DNA from: Candidatus Poribacteria bacterium | GTDB taxonomy: Bacteria; Poribacteria; WGA-4E; WGA-3G | Assembly: GCA_965205065.1 (NCBI GenBank) | Contig: CBDBFT010000001.1 | Coordinates: forward strand, 2,156,836-2,220,835 | Length of the DNA: 64,000 nucleotides | Direction: 5' to 3' | Part shown: positions 14,645 through 23,525 of the stretch, piece by piece | How positions within the stretch are numbered: the first letter of the stretch is position 1 | Layout of the letters: each line of letters begins with the position of its first letter | Program-made: the position numbers and the translations under genes | Notes under the pieces: generated by a model | Told to the model about the DNA's origin: nothing | The model's database searches: none | The model's input: the letters and a program-made list of their open reading frames with translations, nothing else

Positions 14645-15478
14645 ATGCCAAGTATTAAACTACACGGAAAAATCTTTCTAAAAGGCACAATAAACGCCTT
14701 AACAGGTTTACACATCGGCGGCAACACAGGTGAATTAGACATCGGCGGTATTGATAATGCAATCATACGAAACGCCTTCAACCGACAGCCTTACATTCCC
14801 GGTTCGTCCCTACGTGGAAAGATGCGAGGTTTACTCGACAGGCACTTTGCAAAGGAATTGAATAGACCTGTCGGTAGAGATGTCCGAGTTAACGAGTGCA
14901 AAACACCGGAAGAATATTATACATGTCCAATTTCTCAAGTTTTCGGTGTCGCACCCATACAACAATTAAGAGGTAAAACGATGCCGACACGTGTGATCGT
15001 CCGAGACACCTTTTTAACTGACGAATCACTGGCAGTACTGGAAAAAGCCGATACCGACACAGATTTCACTGAAATCAAAACAGAGGTAGCAATTGACCGA
15101 ATCACCTCAGCGGCAACACCACGTCAACAAGAACGTGTCCCCGCAGGTGCAAAATTCGGACCATTTCAAATAGTCCACAGTCTCTATACACAGCACGGCA
15201 CTAATTACGACAATCAACTTCAAGACGAACTCAAACTTTTCGACACCGTCCTAAAAGGTATGGAACTCCTTGAAGACGATTACCTCGGCGGCTCCGGTTC
15301 GCGCGGCTCAGGGCAGATAGCATTTGAGAATCTGACGATGACCTTCAAATCGCGTGAATGCTATGAAAAAGTTGATATAGATCCGATAACTATCAATTTG
15401 CCCGAAAACGCAGACATCAAAGCAGTCCGTCAATCCGAATACGTTGAGCAAATTCGGAATGCAATCCCCGCGGAATAG
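14645..15478 (+). CDS. csm3: Csm3 (Cas7-group RAMP backbone subunit).
   Basis: G-rich loop LTGLHIGGNTGE and a QPYIPGSSLRGKMRG motif typical of Csm3. Position in operon. Confidence 0.85.
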   Translation: MPSIKLHGKIFLKGTINALTGLHIGGNTGELDIGGIDNAIIRNAFNRQPYIPGSSLRGKMRGLLDRHFAKELNRPVGRDVRVNECKTPEEYYTCPISQVFGVAPIQQLRGKTMPTRVIVRDTFLTDESLAVLEKADTDTDFTEIKTEVAIDRITSAATPRQQERVPAGAKFGPFQIVHSLYTQHGTNYDNQLQDELKLFDTVLKGMELLEDDYLGGSGSRGSGQIAFENLTMTFKSRECYEKVDIDPITINLPENADIKAVRQSEYVEQIRNAIPAE

Positions 15479-15486
15479 GTACACTT

Positions 15487-16518
15487 ATGGAAGATTATAC
15501 CGTCTATTGCTTACAGTTCAAAACCCAATTACATCTCGGACGCGCCACAGGTGCAGCACAAACTGGCAGCCTCGGCTTAGAGAAAACCGAGACCTACATC
15601 CCCGCAGACACCCTCTTTTCTGCGATATGCCAAACATGGTCAACCTTTTACGACACCGCAAGCCTCACCGATTTTCTCAATCAATACACAGCAGAAAACG
15701 GGACGCTTCCCTTTACCTTAACCTCTGCATTCCCGTACGCACAAAACATCTGTTTCTATCCCAAACCGATGATATGGACAGATAGATCAAAAGAAAGCAA
15801 ACGTATCCAATTTGTGTCGGACAACATATTTCAGCAGATTATTGCAGACAATCCACCAGCATTCGATAAAAAGCAGTTGATTACCGGAGAAAATGTTTGG
15901 ATAAGCGATACGGAAAAAAATCTGTTGAAGATAACAGATGGGGATGATTATGAAATTTGGAAAACTGCTACGCGTCCGCGCGTTACCATCGGTGCACAAA
16001 ACGCCGGATCCGAAATATGGCACGTCCAAACCGTCCAATTCAACAAAAACTGTGGACTCTGGTTCGCTGCGAAATTTGACTCTGATGCAACAAAACAGAA
16101 AGTAGAAACACTACTCCGAGTGCTTGGAGATAACGGCATCGGTGGTGAACGCAACGCTGGATATGGGCAGTTTGAGTTTGCCGAAGCAGAATGTAAGATA
16201 CCGTCAGCAGAAGATAGCACCCAATTTGTAACGCTTTCACCGATATGTCCCAAATCATCGGAGCAACTTGAGCATCTCCTCAAAGGTAATATCGCTTACA
16301 ACCTAAATCCATTAACAGGATGGGTAGGTTCACCAGGTACACATAAAAGGAGAAAAAAGGGCAATATGTTCGCTGAAGGTTCTGTTTTAAATGCTTATGA
16401 CGAACCCGTAGGCAGGTTGATAGATTTAAAACCGAAGGACTACCCGCATCCCGTCTATCGCTACGGATACGCATGGCAGGTCGGTATCAAAGTAGGAGGG
16501 AACTCCGATTCCCGATAA
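15487..16518 (+). CDS. csm4: Csm4 (Cas5-group RAMP).
   Basis: N-terminal LQFKTQLHLGRATG...YIPADTLFSAICQ pattern characteristic of Csm4. Position between csm3 and csm5. The C-terminus runs into the tandem repeat. Confidence 0.8.
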   Translation: MEDYTVYCLQFKTQLHLGRATGAAQTGSLGLEKTETYIPADTLFSAICQTWSTFYDTASLTDFLNQYTAENGTLPFTLTSAFPYAQNICFYPKPMIWTDRSKESKRIQFVSDNIFQQIIADNPPAFDKKQLITGENVWISDTEKNLLKITDGDDYEIWKTATRPRVTIGAQNAGSEIWHVQTVQFNKNCGLWFAAKFDSDATKQKVETLLRVLGDNGIGGERNAGYGQFEFAEAECKIPSAEDSTQFVTLSPICPKSSEQLEHLLKGNIAYNLNPLTGWVGSPGTHKRRKKGNMFAEGSVLNAYDEPVGRLIDLKPKDYPHPVYRYGYAWQVGIKVGGNSDSR

Positions 16519-16700
16519 GGTAGGAGGCCAACTATATAAAACTGGCCGATTCCCGATAAGGTAGGAGGGAACTCCGATTCCCGATAAGGTAGGAGGCCAA
16601 CTATATAAAACTGGCCGATTCCCGATAAGGTAGGAGGGAACTCCGATTCCCGATAAGGTAGGAGGCCAACTATATAAAACTGGCCGATTCCCGATAATGT
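16492..16700. repeat. Three tandem 69-bp units filling the csm4/csm5 junction. Each combines the GGGAACTCCGATTCCC hairpin with a GGCCA-N12-TGGCC hairpin and GGTAGGAGG boxes.
   Basis: Direct reading of 16492-16700. Same core as the 13858-14048 repeat. The core was not seen elsewhere in the window. Confidence 0.9.
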
Positions 16701-16713
16701 TGGAGACATCAGA

Positions 16714-17877
16714 ATGAAACAGAAATACAAACTTGAAACCATCACCCCTGTCCACATCGGATCAGGCGAAACGTTGAATCATATAGATGGCTATTACGTT
16801 AACGGCAGGTGGTATCGCATAGATTTAGACAAAGTATTAGCACATCCATCAACAAACATCAACGCGTTAACCTCCGAAATGTCCAAGCGTGATTTCCGTT
16901 GGAGCGATTACTTCTCACGACACAACATAAATGGTGCTGAACTGTCGGCGTATAGTCTGCTGTGTTCGCAAAGTCCCGAAACAGTCGACATTCGAGAGGC
17001 AATCAAATCTGTTGACAACCGTCCCTACATTCCCGGTAGCAGCATCAAAGGTGCAATCCGCACAGCGTTGTTATCGGATCTGATAAACAGTGATGAAAAC
17101 AGAAAACTCTATAACGATAGTTCAAAATATCTCAACAGGGAAATTGATAAAGGCGCGCCATCAAGACGTAGACCAGAACATCCTGCACGACAGATAGAAA
17201 ACTTAGCTTTTGGTAAAGACCCAAACCATGATTTATTGCGTGCATTACAGGTGAGTGATACTGAACCGCTTGAAAGTGAGGCACTTGCAATTGAAACGGC
17301 ATGGACGGTTACGCTCAACCAAAACAATCAACTTGTTCAGAAGATTGAGGGCAATACAGAATACAAAAACTGTGCAGAGGTAATTCAGGGTGGACAATCA
17401 TTGACATTTACACTCAAAATTGATGATTGGTTACTTGATGATCCTGCATACACTAAACTTGGTTTTACCGATACACAATATGGAGCTATCCACAGTATAT
17501 TTGATGTTTGTTATGGGGTAAATAAAAATTTTATAGATAAAGAAATAAAATTCTATAATAATTTCGCGAGTATCTATAATCTCTATAACGGACTAAACAA
17601 TACGAATGAATCACTCTCAAACGGGGTGTTCATACTGCAAATTGGATGGGGCACAGGATACCTTTCTAACACAGTAACCTCGTCCTTTACGCAAGCAGAG
17701 GATGCACCTGTAGACATTATGGCATTACGAGAACGTTATCGTTTAGGCAGGAGTCGTTCTAATCAACGGCAACCTTATGATGCCCGCGAATTCCCGAAAA
17801 CACGTCGTATCTTATACCGAGGACCAAACCCCATCGCACCACTCGGCTGGGTTAAAATATCACCAATAGAGGATTAA
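16714..17877 (+). CDS. csm5: Csm5 (Cas7-group RAMP).
   Basis: ITPVHIGSGE near the N-terminus and RPYIPGSSIKGAIRTALLS motifs. 387 aa. Last gene of the csm operon. Confidence 0.8.
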   Translation: MKQKYKLETITPVHIGSGETLNHIDGYYVNGRWYRIDLDKVLAHPSTNINALTSEMSKRDFRWSDYFSRHNINGAELSAYSLLCSQSPETVDIREAIKSVDNRPYIPGSSIKGAIRTALLSDLINSDENRKLYNDSSKYLNREIDKGAPSRRRPEHPARQIENLAFGKDPNHDLLRALQVSDTEPLESEALAIETAWTVTLNQNNQLVQKIEGNTEYKNCAEVIQGGQSLTFTLKIDDWLLDDPAYTKLGFTDTQYGAIHSIFDVCYGVNKNFIDKEIKFYNNFASIYNLYNGLNNTNESLSNGVFILQIGWGTGYLSNTVTSSFTQAEDAPVDIMALRERYRLGRSRSNQRQPYDAREFPKTRRILYRGPNPIAPLGWVKISPIED

Positions 17878-17881
17878 AGAA

Positions 17882-18228
17882 CTTTTAATCGCACCAGTTT
17901 GGAATAGAAACTGACAATACTATGTAAAATGTGGTATAATTAAGTACTTTTAATCGCACCAGTTTGGAATAGAAACCATTATAATTGGAGACGGAATATT
18001 TTGCAGTCTAAACTTTTAATCGCACCAGTTTGGAATAGAAACGGGTGATTAATGACTCCCCGTAGCTCAGTGAATAGAGCATGAGGTTTCTACCCTCAGT
18101 GTCACAGGTTTGAATCCTGTCGGGGAGTCCACTTTTAATCGCACCAGTTTGGAATAGAAACACTCCCAAGTTGGACATGACTTATCAATAATGAAAAGCT
18201 TTTAATCGCGCCCGTTGTGTAAAGTTTT
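17882..18228 (+). CRISPR. Second, leaderless mini-array: four perfect copies and one degenerate terminal copy of the same 30-bp repeat. One inter-repeat unit is a tRNA-like gene.
   Basis: Perfect repeats at 17882-17911, 17947-17976, 18013-18042 and 18132-18161. A degenerate copy at 18199-18228 (CTTTTAATCGCGCCCGTTGTG...) marks the trailer end. The first repeat starts 4 nt after the csm5 stop. Confidence 0.9.
18056..18131 (+). tRNA. tRNA-Arg(UCU)-like gene with genome-encoded CCA, sitting between two CRISPR repeats.
   Basis: Manual fold: acceptor CTCCCCG/CGGGGAG, D-stem GCTC/GAGC, anticodon stem TGAGG/CCTCA with loop TTTCTAC (anticodon TCT), T-stem ACAGG/CCTGT, discriminator T, then CCA. Non-canonical D-loop (AGTGAATA, no GG pair) and T-loop (TTTGAAT). 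A19-U56 could covary. It may be a divergent or pseudo tRNA. Confidence 0.7.
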
Positions 18229-18689
18229 TGTCCCTATATGTTTCTGGTGGCTAAAGTTCTCGTCAATAGACAGGTGAAATTAGCAATCTCCTCTGTCTTT
18301 AGCTTACAGAGCAGCTTATGGTTGTGAAAAAACTTTGAAATTCACAAAAACCCCTTCCGTGTCCTCCGTGTCCTCCGCGTAATCCGCGATTCAGACAGTT
18401 AAGTGCCAAATCTTTACACACCATTAGCGTCAATTTAGTTAAATACGTTAGTGAGTTTGATACACCTTTCGCCTCTCTGAGGCTTTGGAAAATCACATAT
18501 CAGCACCCGACAAATCATGACGAATACCAAACGCGTATTCGTCCAAGCGCATTTGGCGTTGATTTCGGTGCAGAAGGTGTATATAGAACACGAATCCGCA
18601 TAAACCTAAGCACCAGTGGTGCGAAAGGTATGGGGCTAAAATCGGTCTTATATAGCCTACCAACAAGAGGGAATATCCTTAAATTGACG

Positions 18690-19270
18690 CAAAAGGTGGT
18701 TGTATAAAGAAGCACAATCAAGGATGAATGTGCTACAAAGAAGCACAATCAAGGATGAATGTGCTACAGCAATATCAATATGGATGTTGGGGGGAGAGTG
18801 GTATTATGAGGATGAATGTTGTAGAAAGAGGCACAATCTAACAGAATGTGCTACAAAGAAGCACAATCAAGGATGAATGTGCTACAGCAGTATCAAAATG
18901 GATGGTGTAGGGGAGAGTGGTATTATGAGGATGTATGTTTTTGAAAGAGGCACAATCTAACAGAATGTGCTACAAAAGAGGCACAATCTAACAGAATGTG
19001 CTACAAAGAAGCACAATCAAGGATGAATGTGCTACAGCAGTATCAAAATGGATGGTGTAGGGGAGAAGGGTAATGAAGGATGAATGTTGTAGAAAGAGGC
19101 ACAATCTAACAGAATGTGCTACAAAGAAGCACAATCAAGGATGAATGTGCTACAGCAGTATCAAAATGGATGGTGTAGGGGAGAGTGGTATTATGAGGAT
19201 GTATGTTTTTGAAAGAGGCACAATCTAACAGAATGTGCTACAAAAGAGGCACAATCTAACGGAATGTCTA
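18690..19270. repeat. Higher-order tandem repeat: about three units of about 190 bp. Each alternates two hairpin motifs (AAGCACAATCAAGGATGAATGTGCT and AGGCACAATCTAACAGAATGTGCT) with GGATGGTGTAGGGGAGAG blocks.
   Basis: Direct reading. No unique spacers, so it is not CRISPR-like. It sits in an about 2.2-kb non-coding, repeat-dense stretch (18230-20560). Confidence 0.8.
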
Positions 19271-19818
19271 TTATTGGTGAAGGTATTGAAGGTTAAGTGA
19301 CAAAAAGTTTACACACCCCAGACGTAACTCAGGTTGCGACGGAGCAGGCATTGGATGTATAATATATAAAACCAGATAGGAGTATAAACAATGCGTATAC
19401 GTTGGAACGTATCAAACATTGGATGTATAATCATCCAATTATGTATAGGGGCTATATTGGTTGCGATCACAATAAAAATCATTAGGTGGATATTATGAGC
19501 TTATAATCGCATCCGTATCGCACACTTGATATGTCCTAAATCTAAAAATAGGTGCGGAATCCACCTCAGTAGACCGTGTTGTTACCGAGTACGTTATAAT
19601 CCTGAAAATCCTATAATCCTGAAAATCTTGGTTCAGACAAGAAAAAATTCATATACCCAAAAACACATGCATTGAGAAATAACTTTACACACCCTTTTCT
19701 ATATACCTGTCGCCCCTCTGGGGCTTACTCTGGTAATATTGACGTTTTCTATATACCTTTCGCCCCTCTGGGGCTTGGCAGGGTGTGGGGACGTTCTTCT
19801 ATAAACATATCGTCCCTA

Positions 19819-19936
19819 ATGAAGATTAAGTTATTAATTGGGTAATATGCGGGCGGGGAAACCCCGCCCCTACGAAATCTTACTCCTACGATGAGGCATA
19901 TCAGTAGAATTACCTGATTATTTATTTAATCTTCAT
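19819..19936. mobile_element. MITE-like element, family A. 118 bp, perfect 11-bp TIRs ATGAAGATTAA/TTAATCTTCAT, internal GC hairpin GGGCGGGGAAACCCCGCCC.
   Basis: Near-identical copies at 20053-20170 and 28646-28763, and a rearranged copy at about 42230-42393. The empty-site sequence GTCCCTACGGGAC occurs nearby (about 19990, 20225, 20290). Confidence 0.75.
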
Positions 19937-20052
19937 ACGGGAATGAAGAGAGGTGGGGTACACATTCTTCTGCTATAAACATATCGTCCCTACGGGACTT
20001 GGGAGCGGGGTAGGGACGTTAGGGACGTTCTTCTATAAACATTCCGTCCCTA

Positions 20053-20170
20053 ATGAAGATTAAGTTATTAATTGGGTAATATGCGGGCGGGGAAACCCCG
20101 CCCCTACGAAATCTTACTCCTACGATGAGGCATATCAGTAGAATTACCTGATTATTTATTTAATCTTCAT
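20053..20170. mobile_element. MITE-like element, family A, copy 2.
   Basis: Near-identical to 19819-19936 including TIRs. Same flanks, CCCTA / ACGGGA. Confidence 0.75.
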
Positions 20171-20339
20171 ACGGGACTGAAGATAGGTGGGGTACACATT
20201 ATTCTGCTATAAACATATCGTCCCTACGGGACTTGGGATGGGTAGGGACGTTAGGGACGTTAGGGACGTTCTGCTATAAACATTCCGTCCCTACGGGACT
20301 TGGGACTTGAGAGGCTTTCTGCCTGGAAGAATCCTTAAG

Positions 20340-20560
20340 GTTACACCCATAGAAACGATGTTTTCATCCTTCCAATCTTCCCATCTTCCCATCTTCCACT
20401 CTTCCACTCTTCCACTCTTCCACTCTTCCATTCTTCCGGATCGGATCGTTTTACGATTGAGTCTCGTGGGTGCATCCTTCCCTCTTCCATCCTTCCCATC
20501 TTCCATCCTTCCCATCTTCCATCCTTCCCTCTTCCATCCTTCCCATCTTCCACCCATCCT
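20340..20560. repeat. GGAAGG-type minisatellite (reverse-complement orientation CTTCC/ATCTTCC).
   Basis: Direct reading. ORFs 20291..20578, 20307..20564 and 20341..20553 are low-complexity artefacts. Confidence 0.85.
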
Positions 20561-20567
20561 CTGAAAC

Positions 20568-23267
20568 CTATTTAACAACTATTAGTCGTCGAGTCTGTTG
20601 GAATGACTCTGTTGTCAACTGGTAGAAATAGAGTCCACTTGCGACACTTTCACCGAAGGCGTTCTTACCATCCCAATAGGCAGCACGACCTCGGTCTTGA
20701 TAGAATCCTACCGATTGGAAACCGAGTGAAAAGGTTCGGACAACGCTACCTGTTGCGTTATATATCGTGATGGATACGTTGCTGTCTTCTGATAGACGAT
20801 AGGGTATCCACGTCTCTGGATTGAATGGGTTGGGATAGTTTTGTAATAACTCGCTCTGTTTCGGTGTGCCAATGCTGTCGAGTGTGACGGATAGAACAGC
20901 TTCTGCGACACTGGGGGGTGTTACTTCAAAGGTGAACGCGTCAGATGCAATATTACCGTCTGAGTCGGTAACGATGAGTTGCATGGTATCACCAACCTGA
21001 ACGACACTTCGGTAGCTGAGGTCCGCTGTAGCAGCGGCGAAGTAGTTATCCTTCACTTGTGTGGTCATAACGTTGTGCGTTCGCAGGTTTTTGACTGTGA
21101 TGTGATAACCGTCGTATGTCTGTTTACCGTCTAAGTGTCCACTTACGATAAATGCCCAATTCTGCTGCTGTGTTGCGATTTCCGTTGCGCTGGGAGCTGC
21201 AGCTGCGTCAGTTTTGTTGCGCCACTCTGCACCGACGAACGTGACATCGCGATCTGTTGTGACATTGACGATATAACCCTGTCCACCCTCAATTTGAAAT
21301 CCGTTATCCGGAGCGTTTGGTGTCCAACCGATGAACCTTTGGTTATCGGCATCAAGTGCGATGACCATTGTTGAACCTGTCAAACCTGCAAATGCTCTTG
21401 CATTCACCGGTTTCGGTGTTGCTAAAGGTAGCGATAGCATGTTCAAGCCTTTTGACAACTTTAGATTGAATATGTTGGCATACCGGTCGCTGTCTTCCTT
21501 GGTGGCGGGTCTCGCGATAAATCCGTGTTTTCGTCCATCGGCTGAGTTATAGTTCCCCACAACAGAACCGTCCTGATTGATATTCCAACCTTCTGTGCTA
21601 ACACTGCCTGGGAATACCAATGGACGTAGTCCGTACTGTAGTGATCCGACAGAAGTTCGGACGATATCGTCTAATCGTTTGGATCTGCCAACGAGAGTTC
21701 CCACATCGTTGATACCGTGCACAAAAAAGTACTCAAACGATGCAGCTTGGGGTAGGTCAAGGGAAATTATCCTCCCGTTAGGTTGCTGCACAAATGGATG
21801 ATAAACACCTTCATCAGAAATGTAGCTACCCACAATCTGTCCACTTGCATTTATAAAATATGCAAAAGTTTCCTGTGCATCTGTTGCTTCAATGATGATG
21901 TCTCCAGAGAATCCGCGTCGGATACCAGCGTCGTCTATAAAGTGTCCTGTTAGTGCGCCAGTTGCATCACTGATGCCGTATATCTCGGTTTGGACAGCAT
22001 TTGGGTAATCGTATTGTGTCAGTTCACCATTTTCTAAGATGACACCGTGAAACAGACCGTCGCTATCCTGATAGTGTCCGGCAGCTGATCCATCGTTTCC
22101 AAGTGCATAGAAATGCGTTTTCTGAGAGTCTGGATAATCATGAGTGGTAAAGACGCCGGAGATGAGCGTAAAAGCGACCTCTTTTCCAGCGGCATTCCGC
22201 GTGTATCCAGCATAATCGTCAAAGTCGCTACTTGCAGTCACCGCTAAAAAGTCTACACCGGGGACATCAATACTCTCAAAAGTAAAGTTGAGTTCTCCAG
22301 GTGTAGGGGTCGGAACGGGAATGTCTACGCCCGGTTCATCAGTGTCTGTTATAGGTCTTGCGATGAATCCGTGCCTCCGTCCATCTGCTGTTTCATAGTG
22401 TCCAACGATGGATCCATCTTGATTGATATTATATCCTTCTGTGCTAACGCTGTCTGGAACCCTAAGGATCTTTAACCCACCTTGAAATGTACCGACAAGT
22501 GTGCCCGGGAAATCATCAATGCGTTTAGTTCGGGCAACGACAACATTAGAATCGTTGATACCGTGTACAAAGAAGTATTCCAGCTGCGCCGCACCTGGCA
22601 GGTCAAGAGAAACAAATCGGCCCCTCGGTGTTCTGACATAAGGATGATATAAACCGTCAGCATCTATGTAACTTCCGACCATACCACCGCTTGCGTTGAC
22701 GAAATCAGCGAATGTTTCAGTCGCGCCGGGGACTTCAATTATTTCGTCTGCCGAGAACCCGCGTCGAACCCCCGATTCGTCTGTAAAGTTTCCTGTTAGT
22801 GCACCTGTGGCGTCACTAATACCGTATATTTCGGTTTGGACGGAACCTGGAAAATCGTATTGTCGCATCTCACCATTTTCTAAGACGACACCGTGGAACA
22901 GTCCATCGTTATCTTCGTAGTGTCCGGCAGCGTTTCCATTATTACCGAGTGCAAAGAAATATGTGTTTTTTGCATCGGGGAATTCGTAAGTTTTAAAGAC
23001 TCCATCAATGAGGGTGAAGGCGACATCTCTTTCGCCATCAGCACTGCGCGTATAACCTGCATAATCCTCAAAGTCGCTACTTGCAGTAATAGATAGACTG
23101 TCTACACCGGGAACCTCTATCGTTTCAAAAGTGTAGTTATCGCTGATAGAAGCGATAACAGGTTGAACGTTCCCTTGCGCGTCAATGTGCAATGGGAAAA
23201 ATGCATTGAGACACATGAAGAACGTAAACACAAAAAACAGTGAACTGGATTTAATCAAATTTCGCAT
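20568..23267 (-). CDS. Secreted multi-repeat protein with a T9SS C-terminal sorting domain (Por_Secre_tail). Paralog 1 of 2.
   Basis: The C-terminal about 80 aa (LLQNYPNPFNPETWIPYRL...ITIYNATGSVVRTF...YWDGKNAFGESVASGLYFYQL) match the T9SS CTD consensus. N-terminal signal peptide (MRNLIKSSSLFFVFTFFMCLNAFF). Two internal about 300-aa duplicated modules. Start set at the ATG at 23267, which has the RBS AAGGAG. Confidence 0.75.
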   Translation of the reverse strand: MRNLIKSSSLFFVFTFFMCLNAFFPLHIDAQGNVQPVIASISDNYTFETIEVPGVDSLSITASSDFEDYAGYTRSADGERDVAFTLIDGVFKTYEFPDAKNTYFFALGNNGNAAGHYEDNDGLFHGVVLENGEMRQYDFPGSVQTEIYGISDATGALTGNFTDESGVRRGFSADEIIEVPGATETFADFVNASGGMVGSYIDADGLYHPYVRTPRGRFVSLDLPGAAQLEYFFVHGINDSNVVVARTKRIDDFPGTLVGTFQGGLKILRVPDSVSTEGYNINQDGSIVGHYETADGRRHGFIARPITDTDEPGVDIPVPTPTPGELNFTFESIDVPGVDFLAVTASSDFDDYAGYTRNAAGKEVAFTLISGVFTTHDYPDSQKTHFYALGNDGSAAGHYQDSDGLFHGVILENGELTQYDYPNAVQTEIYGISDATGALTGHFIDDAGIRRGFSGDIIIEATDAQETFAYFINASGQIVGSYISDEGVYHPFVQQPNGRIISLDLPQAASFEYFFVHGINDVGTLVGRSKRLDDIVRTSVGSLQYGLRPLVFPGSVSTEGWNINQDGSVVGNYNSADGRKHGFIARPATKEDSDRYANIFNLKLSKGLNMLSLPLATPKPVNARAFAGLTGSTMVIALDADNQRFIGWTPNAPDNGFQIEGGQGYIVNVTTDRDVTFVGAEWRNKTDAAAAPSATEIATQQQNWAFIVSGHLDGKQTYDGYHITVKNLRTHNVMTTQVKDNYFAAATADLSYRSVVQVGDTMQLIVTDSDGNIASDAFTFEVTPPSVAEAVLSVTLDSIGTPKQSELLQNYPNPFNPETWIPYRLSEDSNVSITIYNATGSVVRTFSLGFQSVGFYQDRGRAAYWDGKNAFGESVASGLYFYQLTTESFQQTRRLIVVK

Positions 23268-23525
23268 AATATACTCCTTTTTTGGGACTTTCCTACCAAA
23301 GAACAATAATATCATTAGGTCTATGTTTCCATCGTAACGTTTTTTAAGATTATACCCTTTATGGTGTGAAATGTCAACCTACTGCACACTGAGAGTGTGT
23401 AAAGTTATTGTCACTAAACATTCAATACCTTCACCAATAATAGACATTCCTCTCTTGCATCTTTCCACTCTTCCACCCTTCCATCTTTCCACTCTTCCAC
23501 CCTTCTATCCACTGAGAACTGAAAC

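Noticed and set aside
15444-15785. 113-aa ORF overlapping the csm3/csm4 boundary in another frame. Similar shadow ORFs sit over sulfatase (57101..57574) and the T9SS genes.
   Set aside because: These are alternative-frame shadows inside well-supported longer genes.
18690-19270. Regularly spaced hairpin repeats that at first glance resemble a second CRISPR type.
   Set aside because: The intervening segments are not unique spacers. The same two units alternate as a higher-order tandem repeat.
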